A stretch of DNA of 64,000 nt from Cycas panzhihuaensis (GCA_023213395.1 CM041465.1:188239741-188303740), one strand, 5' to 3'; positions 12,650 to 25,828 are shown, counted from the first letter of the stretch. Made by a program: numbers and translations. Notes: a model not told the origin generated them from the sequence alone.

Positions 12650-15600
12650 ATGGCTGCTATTAACATGCTCAATGCATGCACAATAAGGTTAACAGGACAA
12701 GCAAATTATCAAGAATGGAAAAGAATCACACAAAATCTCTTAATAATGAATGAATTTTGGGAATATGTTTCTGGGAGAATCCCCAATCCTGCACTTGTTG
12801 ATGATGATGAAGTTGATGTTGATTATGAACGTGTTGCTGCTTGGGAAGCCAAAGACGAAATTGCTTTGGCATTTCTTCATATGATTGTGGATGTACATGT
12901 AGATCAAAATATCTCTTCTGCTAAATCTTCTAAAGAAGCTTGGGACACATTGTCCTCACTGTATGAAAGGCGAGATGAAGCTCGCATTCTGATGGTGAAA
13001 GCCAAATCAGATTCTCATTAAATTTGTCAAGCCTATATCGGCTTTTCTGTCCTCTATTAAAGAGGTTTGCAATGAATTGAATACTTTAGGTAGTCCTACA
13101 ACTAGGGATGAGCTCATCACATCCATCACCAAAGCATTGCCAAAGGACTACAACGGCTTCATATCATCTACCACTCGAGATGGTTCACTTAAGAAGATGA
13201 CATTTAATGAACTTGAAAGCTTATTGCTTCAAGAAGAACAGATTTATGCTAAGGACAATGAAGAACCATCGACACCAGGTGCTTTCACGGCCAAGTCTAA
13301 GGCCAATCAGATCTCCAAACCTGCATTCACAAAGCAGTTTGGAAACATGAACATTGGTTCCTCAAAGTCCAATGTTGTGTGTCATTATTGTGGCAAACCT
13401 GGCCACATTGCACCTGATTGCAGAAAGAAGCAGGCAGATCTATGATGACAACAAAGATCGCAAAGAATGACCACAAGGTCAGAGACAACAGCAGCCAAGG
13501 CAACAATATCAACAAAGATTTCAACAGCCATAACAACAGTAGAATCCCCCTCGACCAAATCGAGGTGCCTATCGAGGAGGTCCAAGAGGAAGGGGGGGTC
13601 AAAGAGGTGGCTACCAATGCCACTTTAATCAGTTTGCCAATGAAGACAAACTGCTTTTGTATATCACCATCCAAGGTTGATCACACTTGGATTGTTGATT
13701 AAGGAGCTTCTCAGCATATGACAGGGAGTGAAACTCCTATGCAATATTAAGGAAGGTAAAGGTCAATTAGTGACCTTTGGAAATAATGAATCTGTTGAGA
13801 TTTCAGGCATAGGCACAATAGCTCCTTTCCATTCTTCAGAAAATCCTTCCTCCACATTTCCCAATAGTGATGCATACTTCATTCCTTCCATGGAGAAGAG
13901 TTTGCTATCTATTAGCCAGTTGGACAAGCAACAGATGAGCGTGTTATTCAAGAATGGGAAATGTATCATTAGTGACAAAGATGACCAGATTGTAACTGTT
14001 GTCTATGAGGATCAAGGTCTTTACAAGTTGGATGCCAATAACATAGCACTTGATTTTGTTTATTCTGGTTCCATGGTCACTATATCTTTGTCGAAAATGC
14101 AATGATGGCATCAACGTCTAGGTCACTTAAGCCAGATAACTTGAAGCAGATGATGAACAAAAACATGGTTTATGGGCTTCCGAAGATATATGGTTCAAAA
14201 TGTCTTTGCGAAGCTTGCATAATGGGGACACAACATCGTTTGCCTTTTCCTAAAGGCAAAGCTTGGCGTGCATCTTATCCATTGTAGTTAATTCACTCAG
14301 ACTTATGTGGACTGATGTCCATTCAATCATTTGGAGGAGCATTGTACTACATCTCCTTCATTGATGACTTTTCTCATAAAGTCTGGGTCTACTTCATAAA
14401 GCAAAAATCAGAATCTTTCTCTAAGTTCAAAGAGTTCAAAGCTGAAGTAGAAAATGAATCTAGCTACTCAATTGGAGCATTAAGGACAGATAATGGAGGT
14501 GAATTCACTTCAACTGAATTCAACCAATACTGCAAGGATAATGGGATTCAGAGACAACTGACAGTTCCTCATACTCCTCAACAAAACGGAGTCTTCAAAA
14601 GGATGAATAGAACTTTGGCTAATAAAGCCAAAACTATGATGCATGCAAAAGGACTTCCTCGAGCTTCGGGTCAAGCATTTCATACAGCTGCCTATGTGGC
14701 CAATCGGAGTCCTACTATAGCAGTCACCAACATTACACCTGAGGAGGCATGGACTGGTAAGAAACCGACTATTAGCCATTTGAGGACATTTGGGTGCATA
14801 TATGCACATACCGATCGAAAGAACAAAGTTGGATAAGCATAGTCTCAAATGCATCTTTGTAGGATATGCCATTCATAGCAAGGCCTACAAGTTGTATGAT
14901 CCAGTTGGGAGAAAAATGCATCTCTCAAGAGATGTAATCTTTGTTGAAGATGATTAAAAAGAGTTGGATGTGGCATCAATCCAACCCCCCATTGATAAAG
15001 GCAAACAGATTGTTGAGGACTTCCCTCCCTCTCAATCTTCAACACCATGTACTTCATCTGCACCTCTTGTACCATCCACTTCATCATCTTCTGCTCCACT
15101 TGAACCTTCCACATCATCTTCTGTTGATCAATCACTTAGACCAGAAGACATTGAGGTTCATGCTACTTCATTTCAAAAGTTACCTAAATGGTATACTCAA
15201 ACGGTGCAGGACGGTCATATTATTGAAGGGAAACGTCCATCTAAATATAGGCAGCAAACAAATTTTGCACTTATGGCTGAAGTGCTTTCTGTTGATGAGC
15301 CTTCCACCTTTGAGGAGGCTTCACAAAATGACAATTGGAAAGCTGCCATGGATGAGGAGATCCATTCTATTCACAAGAATGGCACATGGGATTTGGTCGA
15401 ATTGCCTCCACATAAACAGGTAATCAATTGTAAATGGGTCTATAAGACCAAATTTCATTCTGATGGTACACTTAAGCGTCAAAAGGCACGCCTTGTGGCA
15501 AAGGGATTCAAACAAAAGGAAGGCATTGATTATGAGGAAACCTTTGCACCGAAGGCAAACATGAACACCATCGACTCTTATGGCCTTAGCTGCACAATGC

Positions 15601-16840
15601 AAATGGCCAGTTTATCAGATGGATGTGAAGAGTGCCTTTCTTAATGGCGATCTTCAAGAGGAGGTATACTTGGAGCAACCTCCTGGTTATAAAGAACAAG
15701 GCAAGGAGCATCTTGTGTGTCGCCTCAAAAAGGCTTTGTATGGCTTGAAACAAGCTCCTAGGGCATGGTATGCAAAAATCGATGAATACTTCTTGAGACA
15801 TGGGTTTCATCGATCTACATCAGATCCTAATCTGTACATCAAACATGAACAAAACCATGTCATTTATATTGCCTTGTATGTTGATAACTTAGTGATCACT
15901 GGTGATGACACTAAGCTCATCAAGATTCTCCAAGATGATTTGAAGAGAAGTTTCGAGATAACTGATCTTGGACTTCTCCATTATTTTTTAGGCTTTGAGG
16001 TATGACAGCAGCCAGGCTATATCTTCATTTCCCAAACAAAATATTCTTGGGACATCTTGCAGAGGTTTAGGATGCATGACTGCAAGACAACGCCTACACC
16101 CATGGAGAATGGAACCAAGCTTACTCTTAATGAGGAAGTTGAACCTGTAGATTCCACTCTTTTCTGACAGTTGATTGGTAGTCTGATATATCTCACCAAC
16201 ACTCGTCCAGACATTGCATTTGCATTTGGGATTTGCTCTCGTTTCATCTCTCAACCCAATCAGAAGCATTGGAAAGCAGCAAAACGCATACTCAAGTACA
16301 TCAAAGGTACATTATAACTTGGCCTTGAGTATGCACATAATGAGAACTTCACTTTGGAAGGGTTCTCTGATTACGATTAGGTGATGCCGTGATAGTGAAG
16401 TCAACCTCGGGTTACTGTTTTACCCTTGGTTCAGCAGTTGTTTCATGGAGTTGCAAGAAGCAACCAAATGTTACCTTGTCCTCCACTGAAGCAGAGTACA
16501 AAGTCAGCGGTAGCCTTGCGAGGCTATCTGGCTACGACGGATTCTTGGCGAGCTTGGACTTGAGCAGGAGCAGCCTACCAGTATTCATTGCGACAATCAG
16601 AGTGTGCTCAAGCTAACTAAGAATCCAGTCTTTCATGCACGAACCAAGCATATTGAAGTTCACCACCATTTCATCAGAGAGCATGTACATAGTGGTGAGA
16701 TCAATCTTCAATATCGACCAATAGAGCAGCAGACAACAGACATCTTTACCAAGCCACTTGGTAGAGAGAAATTTGTAAAATTTAGAGATGGTCTAAGGGT
16801 CCGACTTAACATTGTAAACAGTAAAGGAGGGGGGTGTTAA
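12650..16840 (+). pseudogene. Copia gag-pol (gag, CCHC knuckle, protease, integrase, RT, RNase H), interrupted
   Basis: LTGQANYQEWK; CHYCGKPGHIAPDC; WIVD*GAS; FIDDFSHKVWVYF..LRTDNGGEF..PQQNG; QMDVKSAFLNG..LYGLKQAPRAW..YVDN; ARTKHIEVHHHFIRE. Confidence 0.95.
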
Positions 16841-17380
16841 ACCCTATGTTTACATGTTAAGCTTATGTACTTTATGTTTATGTATTATGTGTGCGCTTTA
16901 ATGTTTTATGTGCACTTTTGTACTTTAGGAGTTACTTTATCACTTAAGTGATAAAGTACACACCCACTTTATGTCTAGTGACATAACGTTGTCACTTATG
17001 TCACTTGAGGGTCAAATGACCCCCTTGCACTTTTGCTCACAAGAGCTTCCAATGGACACTTGTCCTACATGCAAGCATGCATTGCATGATTGACACTTGT
17101 CAATCATGCAATAGCCCTTGGCCTCTCATTTCCCTCTATTTAATGAGGCCTTTCTTCATTGTTGTTCATTCAAGAGTTGGAGCTCATTGTTATTCTGTCA
17201 GTTTGCTAATCAAGCTGAAGCATTCTTTGGTGGTTGGACTAATTCCAACACCCCATACTTGGTATCTTGATCTTGCTCCTCTTTCTCTTTGTGTTCTTTG
17301 TGTTTATGCTTAATGCATTTAATAGTATTGTGCTTTGTTAATGATCTTGGACCTATGTGGCCATTAGGCCCATTCTAACA
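16835..17380 (+). repeat. 3' LTR of Copia C
   Basis: Follows the PPT and is followed by the TSD. Confidence 0.95.
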
Positions 17381-20300
17381 CTCTATGTCCCAGCTCTAAA
17401 GAAAAATCTGTTGTATATATCCCAACTAAGAAAGAAGAGACTATGAGTTATCTTTGATGAAGATGGAAGATGTCTTCTATTTGACGTGAAAAAGAATGGT
17501 GTTGTAATTATAGAAGGGAGAGAAATTAATAATTTCTATAAGTTAATTTCTACTCCGATTTTGCCAACTCCTGATGTAAGATCTTTTGCTACTTGCATTT
17601 CTACTAATGAAATCTGACATTCTAAGTATGGACACGTCTTAAACAAAAGATTAGAATTATTAAAAATTTCTAATATGGTGAATGGAATTCTAAATATAAC
17701 ATTTAATTCCTTTATTTGTAAAAGTTGTATGATGGGAAAACAACACAGAGTTCCATTCTAGGAAGGTACATGGAGAGCTCAAAAGAAACTAGAGTTAATT
17801 CGTATAGACCTGTGTGGACCCATAGCTCCAAAATCTGTAAATAGAGCAAGGTATTTCCTTACATTTATTGATGATGTTTCTAGAAAAACATGGGTATACT
17901 TTCTTTTCAGCAAGTTTGAAGCTCTAGATTGTTTCAAAGAGTTTAAGACCCAAGTTGAACTAGAAAGTGAATGTAAAATTAAAAGTCTCCATTCAAATGG
18001 AGGAGGTGAATACATATCAAATGATTTCTACCATTTTTGTAAGTTGCAGGGAATACAAAGACATGTAACAACTGCATATATGCCTCAATCAAATGGAGTA
18101 GCAAAACACATGAATAAAAAAATAATGGAAATGGCTAGAAGTTTGATAGATGATAGAGCACTTTCAAACATATATTGGGTAGAAGATGTTAATACAACAT
18201 TATACTTAATTAACAGGTGTCCAACTCAAGCTTTGGACAAAGTAACTCTTGAAGAAGCTTGGACAGGAAGGAAGCCAGATGTAAGTAATCTTATGATTTT
18301 TGGTTGCAAAGCTTATGTTCATATTCCAAAGAAAAAATAGACTACTAAGCTAGATAGCAAAAACATAGAATGCATTATGATTGGTTATAGCAAGAAGTCT
18401 AAAGCTTACAGGTGTATAGACCCGAAAACAAATAAGGACTATGTTAGTAGGGATGTTGTCTTTGATGAATAAATCAATCAAGAAGAGAAGATAATTTGTA
18501 GACAAGTGGAGGAACTTTCAAAGTCAACTGTTCATATTGAAGAAATATTTGAGATCACTTCAACAAACTCAAGTGTGTTAGATAGTGAACATTCTGAAGG
18601 AAACACATAAGATAACTTTGATGAAGAACAAACACGTTTAGATGAAGCACAAAATGTTCTTGAACAAGGCCTTTCACAAATAACCAGAGGAGAATTTCCA
18701 GATAAAGTACCTAAATGGTATATCAAAACAATTGAAGAAGCAAAAGGAGACATGTTTGAACAGACAACAAGGTCTCAAAAATATCAGAGTTTAATTTGTT
18801 TAGTTGAATCTCAAAGTTATGCAGAGGCTAGTGATCACTCTGAATGGAGGAAAACAATGGATGTTGAAATGAATGCTATTGCAAAAGATAGAACTTGGGA
18901 GTTAGTGCTCCAAAGGATAAACCCATTGTTGATTGCAAATGGGTATATAAAATTAAGGAAAAATCTGATGAAACAACTAAAAAGTGTAAGGCCAAACTGG
19001 TAGCAAAGGGATATACTTAAACGATAGGTATAGATTATGATGAAACCTCCTCACTCATAGCAAAGTTAATAACTATAAGAACAATTATAGCTATTGCAGC
19101 CCAACTTAGGTGCAAAATTGTTCAGCTCAATGTTAAAAGTGCCTTCCTAAATGAAGGCCTCAAGGAAGAAGTGTATATGTAGCAACCAACTGGCTATGTA
19201 AAGAAAGGAGAAGAGTATCTTGTCTACAAGTTAAAAAATGCCCTTTATTATCTAAATTGAGCACCAAGAGCTTGTTATGCCAAATTGGATAGACATCTCA
19301 ATCAAAATGGATTATGTATGTGTGGTTTTGACCTAATCTATATGTTAAAACTAATTAAGGGTTAGTCACTATCATTGTCGTATATGTATATGATATGATT
19401 GCTATAGCCAGTGATGATGAGTCCATTTCAAAAATAAAATCTCAGCTAGAGAAAGAATTTGAGATGACTAATTTAGGTCTTCTCCACTATTATCTTGGGA
19501 TTGAAGTAAAACAATAGAAGAATTCAATTTTTATATCACAATCAAAATATGTTAGAAATTTTCTAAAAAATTCAAATTGGAAGATTGTAACAGCTACTCT
19601 ACTCCAATGGAGACAGGATGTGTTCTAACTCATGATATAGATGGTCAACCAGTAGATGCAATGTTGTACAAGCAATTGGTAGGCAGTCTCATTTATCTCA
19701 CAACCACTAGACTTGACATCTCATACTCAGTTGGAGTAATTTCCAAGTACATGCAACAACCAAAGATTTCACACTAGAATGCAACAAAAAGAATACTCAG
19801 ATATATCAAAGGTACTCTGATCATGAGCGCAAGTTATACCAAGACTTCTAGAATGCAGCTAATAGGGTACAATGACTCAGATTGGTCTGGAGATAAGCAG
19901 GAAAGAAAATCCACAACAAGATATTGCTTCTCACTTGGTTCAATAGTTACATCATGGAGCAACAAGAAACATTCAATTGTAGCTTTATCTTCCACTGAAG
20001 CTAAATATAAAGTAGTAGTCAACACCACTTGTGATGCTGTATGAATTAAGCAACTCCTAAAGGATTTGAATCCAGAACAAAGTCATCCCACTATTCTCTT
20101 TTGTGATAATCAGAGTGTTATCAAAATGAAAAAAATCTAGTGTTTCATGCCAGAACAAAACATATTGAAGTCTATCACCATTTTATAAGAGAAAAAGTGT
20201 AGAGCAAGGAATTGGATATACTCCATTGTACTGGTGAAGAACAGGTTGCTGTATTCTCACAAAGCCACTTGCCAAGGATAAATTTTAATACTTTAGAGAT

Positions 20301-21036
20301 AGACTTGGAATGAAAGAAAAATAGATAAAACATTAAGAGAGGGTGTTGAAATAATAATGTTTTACCTACTTTAGGCTCTTTTCCTAAGTTAACATGTCAA
20401 ACCCTCTTTAATGTAATTCTGACATGTGGCTTACATGCATAGGCTCTAATAACAACACATGGTGCACATGATGCATTTGTACGAGAGTTCTACTCTCTCT
20501 TTAAGGGATGGAGGTTACTTCATATCAAATGTCTGTTTTTACACAATTCCAATCACAATCTCTTCTCCAACGTTATCATCTTGTAGCCCATGCTCCTTTA
20601 GGAAAGCCTAGGAACCTTGGGGTATGCATTGCCATTAGTTGAACATCCATGCCTTTTTGAACATGACTTGTCCCCTTGGCATGTTTGAGTTTCTTAGTGT
20701 ACAATATAAAGAAAAAAAGAGGGGAAAAAAATGTTATAGAGGAGTCTTGAAAGAGCAATGAAAATTAAACTTCATAGATGAATTCTAGAGAAGTCTAATG
20801 TCAGATTATTAAGATTAATTTTGTTATAGTTCAAGAAAAAAAAAACTAGAGAATGCGCATTCACTTGTTGATGAGTTGTATGGGCTGCAAGCCCATTGAT
20901 GAGGTGATGTTATGGAAGCCATTTGTTGTTCCCTTGATTATTTGGAGGGGCAGTTATCCTCAAGGGATATAATCTCATCATCAAGGAAGAGTTTTTTTTT
21001 TGTGGATTAAATATTTGAACATTTATTTCCTTAGCT

Positions 21037-22011
21037 TTGAAAAATAATGTTTAATCCATAATTATTGTAATTATCTATTAAGCTGTCCCTAAAATGTTGT
21101 GCATAATTATCTTAAAGAAGTGCACACTTGTAAAGACTTTTAATATGTGAGCATCATTAAAATGTGTGTTAGAGTTCAAATCTTCACGTATTTTCATAGG
21201 TTATGTTAGAGGTTTTCCACACTTGAAAAGACTTTTAATATGTAAGTATCATTAAAATGTGTGTTAGAGCTTACATCTTCATGTATTCTCATAGGTTATG
21301 TTAGAGGTTCTCCATTCGCATAACATCTCTTTGCCTTTGAGTTTCATTAATTAGAATCATGTGGTGAGTTCATGTTTGGGATATCTTATATCGATGCTAT
21401 AGGAATTTGCAACAAATTTACCTGAGATGAACAATAATTAGTTGTTGGATATTTGTGCATTGTTGATGTAGACTGAGTTGCAAGTAGACAGCCTAAAACA
21501 AAGTGATTACTTTGTAAGTCATAACCTAATGTTGTGAATCCAAGCAAAGGTCAAGACATGTTTCTTCTCAAGAATTTGACTTGAATTAATTTGTGCAACC
21601 AAGAAGATAGTTGATCTAGTGATGTGACAAATAAGGCAAAAATTAAATGTTATGGGAGAATGTTGGAAAACAATGTTTAATCCATGATTATTGAAAATTT
21701 TTAGTAAGTTATCTCTTAAATATTTGCATAATTATCTTAAAGAAGTGCACACTTGTAAAGATTCTTAACATGTAAGCATTATTAAAGTGTATGTTAGAGC
21801 TCACATCTTTATGTATTCTCATAGGTTTTGTTAGATGTCCTCCAATCTTATTAGACCTCTATGAGGTAACTTGTATCTATAAATATGTACCTATTCTAAT
21901 GCAATGGATAAAGATTGATCATTCTTCCAATTTCTTTTGTATTTTACGTTGGTACATATTTTATGTTTTCAATCATGGTATCATAATATACTTGTAATAT
22001 GATATCAGAGC
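21037..22011 (+). mobile_element. Degenerate small LTR element remnant (TRIM-like); two related LTR-like copies
   Basis: ~21037-21312 (with a 95-bp tandem duplication 21123-21217/21218-21312) is similar to 21661-~21840. PPT-like tatgggagaa 21651-21660. PBS-like tggtatca 21976 and tgatatcagagc 22000-22011. Confidence 0.5.
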
Positions 22012-22644
22012 ACTTATGTAATTTTTTAACATTCAAAGACATATCTGATCTACTAATGGATATGCAACTAAGGAATGTTATGAATAGAATGCTCATTAAC
22101 TCAATTTTACAATTAAATCTGTTATTGTGAAGGGAATATTCAGGGAATTATTTACCATAGGCATATGATAGTATAATATAAAATAATATAGCACCATGTA
22201 ATGGAATATAATATATTATAATGCAATGCAATGTAATACAATATAGTTTAGTGCATATAATATAATATAATACAAGTGAAAATTTAGAATATTTTAATAA
22301 AATTTTGCATCTTCAAGAAAAAAAGTCTATCATGAAATTTGACTGTTTAGCACTATGCAAAATATCTAATATAAAGTCAAGAATGCTCTCCAAATTCAAT
22401 TCTGTTTTTTTTTCTCCTGCTCTCCACCCCTCCTTGTGTCCTTGCACATGGAAATGACGTGTAGGCATTCAATAATTGAATTTTTTGTAAACTGTGAGCT
22501 GGCTTACAGTTTCTTTTCTAAATTGGATCTACTCTTGTAATATTGTCAAGGTTTAACAATTTCCTTTGTAGACTGTCAGATGTCAGGTGAGCATTATGAG
22601 TAATTTGTTGCAAATGTCTGCTGTTTAATTTTGTTGTTGGGCAG

Positions 22645-22731
22645 GAAGCAAGATCTTTTGTGGAGCTTCTTTACTCTGATACAGCCAAAGCTTTGATTCA
22701 TATTTTCTTTGCACAACGGTCAACCTCAAAG
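22645..22731 (+). CDS. MFP2: MFP2-like exon (EARSFVELL..AQRSTSK)
   Basis: AG 22643-22644, GT 22732; phase 0/0. Confidence 0.9.
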
Positions 22732-25562
22732 GTGATTGACTACTTGCACAGCTCTGTTCTACATGATGGGAGTGTAATGCTTGGAAAATCTGTCATTTTG
22801 TTCTATTGTTTCAATTGAAAATTAAAACTTGGTTTCGCAGGTTCCTGGTGTTACTGATTTGGGCTTAGAGCCAAGAAGAGTAAGAAAAGTAGCTGTCGTT
22901 GGTGCTGGTTTGATGGGCTCGGGAATAGCCACAGCCCTGATTCTAAGTGGCTACCCTGTGATCATTAAAGAAGTAAATGCTCAGTTTCTTCAGGCGGGTC
23001 TTGATCGAATTAAAGGTCAGTATCCTGCAGTGTTTTTGTTTGCATGTGATATAACTTTCTGTTATTTGCAGTCATTAATTTCCCTCCTGTTTTGAGCACC
23101 TTGATGTTTATCTTGCGTTATTATTTTTATTTGGTGCAGGCATGTTGCATATACTGAAATCCTATAGTATCTGTTTTTATTCCCCAAAATCTACAGCATA
23201 AAGTATCTACTATTATTGTTGTGGGTCAATAAGGAGGCTTTACTGCAGTTGTAGCATATTGAGAATGTTGTAGACTTGGCTCTTAATTGTTGTTTGAACA
23301 TTTGCAGCAAATTTGCAGAACCGTGTGAATAAAGGAAAAATGAGCCAAGGAAAGTTTGAAAAAACACTCTCTTTGGTCCAGGGTGTTCTTGACTTCAAAA
23401 ATTTTGGAGATGTTGATATGGTAATTGAGGTGAGCATAGTTTTCAATTTGTCTCTGCAATCTTGTATTCTGTTTATAAACTAGCCTGTAACTTTTCTCAG
23501 ATTAAGTCAGTTGCTGGTATCTGAAATACCTGATCATTGTTTTTTGGCAGGCTGTTATTGAAAATGTATCTCTAAAGCAACAGATTTTTAGTGACCTCGA
23601 GAAAAACTGCTCATCACACTGTGTATTAACAACAAATACTTCTACAATTGACTTAAACTTGATTGGTCAGAAGACCAACTCTCAAGATCGGATTGTTGGT
23701 GCACACTTCTTCAGGTATTCATCATTTTAATATGAATTTTGTAAGAATCAAATTTTTTTGGCTATGTACCTTTTCTTTTTTGCTTTTGGCATAAGGACAC
23801 AGCTTGTACCTTTGTAAATGCCAGAATTGATACATTATTGTAAAATGTTTTGTATAAAGGAGGTGGAAATATTATTCCATGCTTTCAAATTTGAATTTGA
23901 AGCTTCTTGTTGCACTTGATTGGATCACAGATTCTCTTCTGATGCCTACTGGTTTTGCAGTCCTGCCCATGTGATGCCACTTTTGGAAATAGTGCGCACA
24001 GAAAGGACATCCCCTCAAGTTATAATTGACCTCATGGATGTTGGGAAAAAGATTAAAAAGACCCCTATAGTGGTTGGAAACTGCACTGGATTTGCTGTCA
24101 ACCGTATGTTTTTCCCATACACTCAGTCAGCTCTGCTGTTGGCAGACCTTGGCTTAGATGTTTACCAAATTGATCGAGTTATCACTAAATTTGGAATGCC
24201 CATGGGCCCATTTAGGTACTGTAGAAATTAGAATATTTTGGTGCCAAGTATTTTTCAGGTTAAACGTATGGTAGTTGAGCAAAGCCTGATTAAAGTATCT
24301 TAAATTTATGCAGATTGGCTGATCTGGTGGGTTTTGAGGTTGCTGTAGCAACAGGCATGCAGTATCTGGACAATTTTCCAGATCGAGTGTACAAGTCACT
24401 CTTGATACCAATTATGCTTGAAGACAAGCGGGCAGGTAACTGCTCCATGTTTCTATGTAAAATCCACCAGAGTAGCAGTATGGATTTGTATTTACTTTCT
24501 TATCTGTCTATAAATATCTCATTTGATTCTCCTTTTTCTCAGGTGAGAAAACTGGCAAGGGCTTCTATTTGTATGATGATAAACGAAAGGCCCTACCGGA
24601 TCCAGAAATAAAGAAATATGTTGAGAAGTCACGGAAAATGGCTGGTTTGATACCTGATGGCAAGGTCATTTATTTCTGCCATTGCATACTATCATGTGGA
24701 ATTGCTACTTGCCAATTATGCATTTGTTCATCCATTATTTATGCATACAATTATTTGGCATGGTATTAACTTCTGCTCAACTTTGATGCAGCCTGTTTCC
24801 TTGACAGATAAGGATGTAGTTGAGATTGTTTTCTTTCCTGTTGTCAATGAAGCCTGCCGAGTTCTTGCAGAAGGAATTGCCATTAAAGCATCAGACTTGG
24901 ATATTGCCTCGGTGATGGGTATGGGATTTCCGCCCTACAGGTTGGTTCCTTTCTGGTGTTATTTCCTCTCTTCTTCTGAATCCTATTCCCTATTCTTCAT
25001 TTCGTTTCTTGCTTGGGTGATAAACATCCCATGACTGTGTGAACTTCTTGAATGTATTTATTGGACTTTTGGCATGACCTGCTAAACGTGAACTGCAATT
25101 TCAGCGGTTGATTCTGTTCTTTCATTTAACTATATTTTTTTTTAGTTGAAAAAGTGGATATTATTATATAGAAAGAATTACATTTTCATTTAATAATTTC
25201 GTGTAGTCCTTTAAAAGCTTTCTCCTATCAGAGTGGTGGTTGAGAATTTTCATATCCAAGATCAAGGGTGCCTGTTTTTTGACAGGGGAGGTCTGTTATT
25301 CTGGGCTGATTCTCTGGGAGCAAATTATATCTGTTCAAAATTGAAGGTCTGGTCTGAGTTATATGGCGATTTTTTTAGACCTTCTGCATACTTGGAAGAA
25401 AGGGCAGCTAAGCGATCTTCTCTGGTGAGTATGACCGTCATTTATGGTTGTTATTTATTTCCCATTTGATATCTGGTAGATGAAGTTATGGTTAAGAAAT
25501 TGATTCTTGGGTGAAAACAAGTGCAGATTGCTCCAGCAGAACGTTTGAAGTCTCGATTATGA
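22645..25562 (+). CDS. MFP2: Peroxisomal fatty-acid beta-oxidation multifunctional protein (enoyl-CoA hydratase / 3-hydroxyacyl-CoA dehydrogenase), MFP2-like; last 10 exons, 5' exons outside the window
   Basis: join(22645-22731,22841-23015,23308-23429,23551-23714,23961-24215,24314-24435,24543-24664,24792-24940,25286-25424,25527-25562). All introns are GT-AG, phases are consistent and there are no internal stops. Motifs: Rossmann VAVVGAGLMGSGIA, NTSTI, GAHFFSPAHVMPLLE, GFAVNR, GMPMGPF, GMGFPPYRGG, C-terminal PTS1 SRL. Closer to MFP2 than AIM1 from recalled sequence. Confidence 0.95.
22841..23015 (+). CDS. MFP2: MFP2-like exon (VPGVTDLG..GAGLMGSG; NAD-binding)
   Basis: AG/GT boundaries; phase 0/1. 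Confidence 0.95.
23308..23429 (+). CDS. MFP2: MFP2-like exon (NLQNRVNKGK..DVDMVIE)
   Basis: AG/GT boundaries; phase 1/0. Confidence 0.92.
23551..23714 (+). CDS. MFP2: MFP2-like exon (AVIENVSLK..GAHFF)
   Basis: AG/GT boundaries; phase 0/2. Confidence 0.93.
23961..24215 (+). CDS. MFP2: MFP2-like exon (PAHVMPLLE..MPMGPF)
   Basis: AG/GT boundaries; phase 2/2. Confidence 0.95.
24314..24435 (+). CDS. MFP2: MFP2-like exon (LADLVGFEVA..EDKRA)
   Basis: AG/GT boundaries; phase 2/1. Confidence 0.93.
24543..24664 (+). CDS. MFP2: MFP2-like exon (EKTGKGFYLYD..PDGK)
   Basis: AG/GT boundaries; phase 1/0. Confidence 0.93.
24792..24940 (+). CDS. MFP2: MFP2-like exon (PVSLTDKD..GMGFPPY)
   Basis: AG/GT boundaries; phase 0/2. 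Confidence 0.93.
25286..25424 (+). CDS. MFP2: MFP2-like exon (GGLLFWADSLG..KRSSL)
   Basis: AG/GT boundaries; phase 2/0. Confidence 0.93.
25527..25562 (+). CDS. MFP2: MFP2-like terminal exon (IAPAERLKSRL*), PTS1
   Basis: AG 25525-25526; stop TGA 25560-25562. Confidence 0.88.
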   Translation: MAPAERLKSRL

Positions 25563-25822
25563 AACTGGACAATGGTGAAATTTTGATAGGAACATTTAAT
25601 TGAAATTTATATAGGAGCTCTATTTATTTTCATGCAATGGTTTGAGCTGTCTCTCTTTGCATAAATTATGCTGTTGCACCATTTTATCTGTTCTATGGTG
25701 GATATGATTGAAACATGTATTACACACATCTTATTTTCTTATGATTTGTCTAGAGCAATGTCTCACACAGACTTAATAGTATGTGCTTGACAATTAAATT
25801 TTCAGTGTAATGGCAACATTGC

Positions 25823-25828
25823 AATAAA
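25823..25828 (+). promoter_or_regulatory. Candidate polyadenylation signal AATAAA
   Basis: About 260 nt after the stop codon, followed by T/G-rich sequence. Confidence 0.4.

Larger units (their letters stand above)
10031..17380 (+). mobile_element. Full-length, relatively young Ty1/Copia element C
   Basis: LTRs 10031-10588 and 16835-17380, with about 11 substitutions plus a 12-bp indel. Perfect TSD ctcta (10026-10030, 17381-17385). PBS tggtatcagagc 10591-10602. PPT aaaggagggggg 16823-16834. Confidence 0.97.
9050..20578 (+). mobile_element. Ty1/Copia element B, degenerate; host of Copia A (in gag) and Copia C (in protease)
   Basis: Gag remnant 9050-9780. Protease (HMTGREEWF..GDVLY|VPALKKNLL) split by Copia C. 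Integrase 17800-18400. RT 18850-19800. RNase H 19830-20290. PPT attaagagaggg 20332-20343. Inferred 3' LTR 20344-~20578. Confidence 0.85.

Noticed and set aside
22170-22275. Degenerate AATAT/AATGC pentamer run
   Set aside because: Low-complexity intronic sequence with no further structure.
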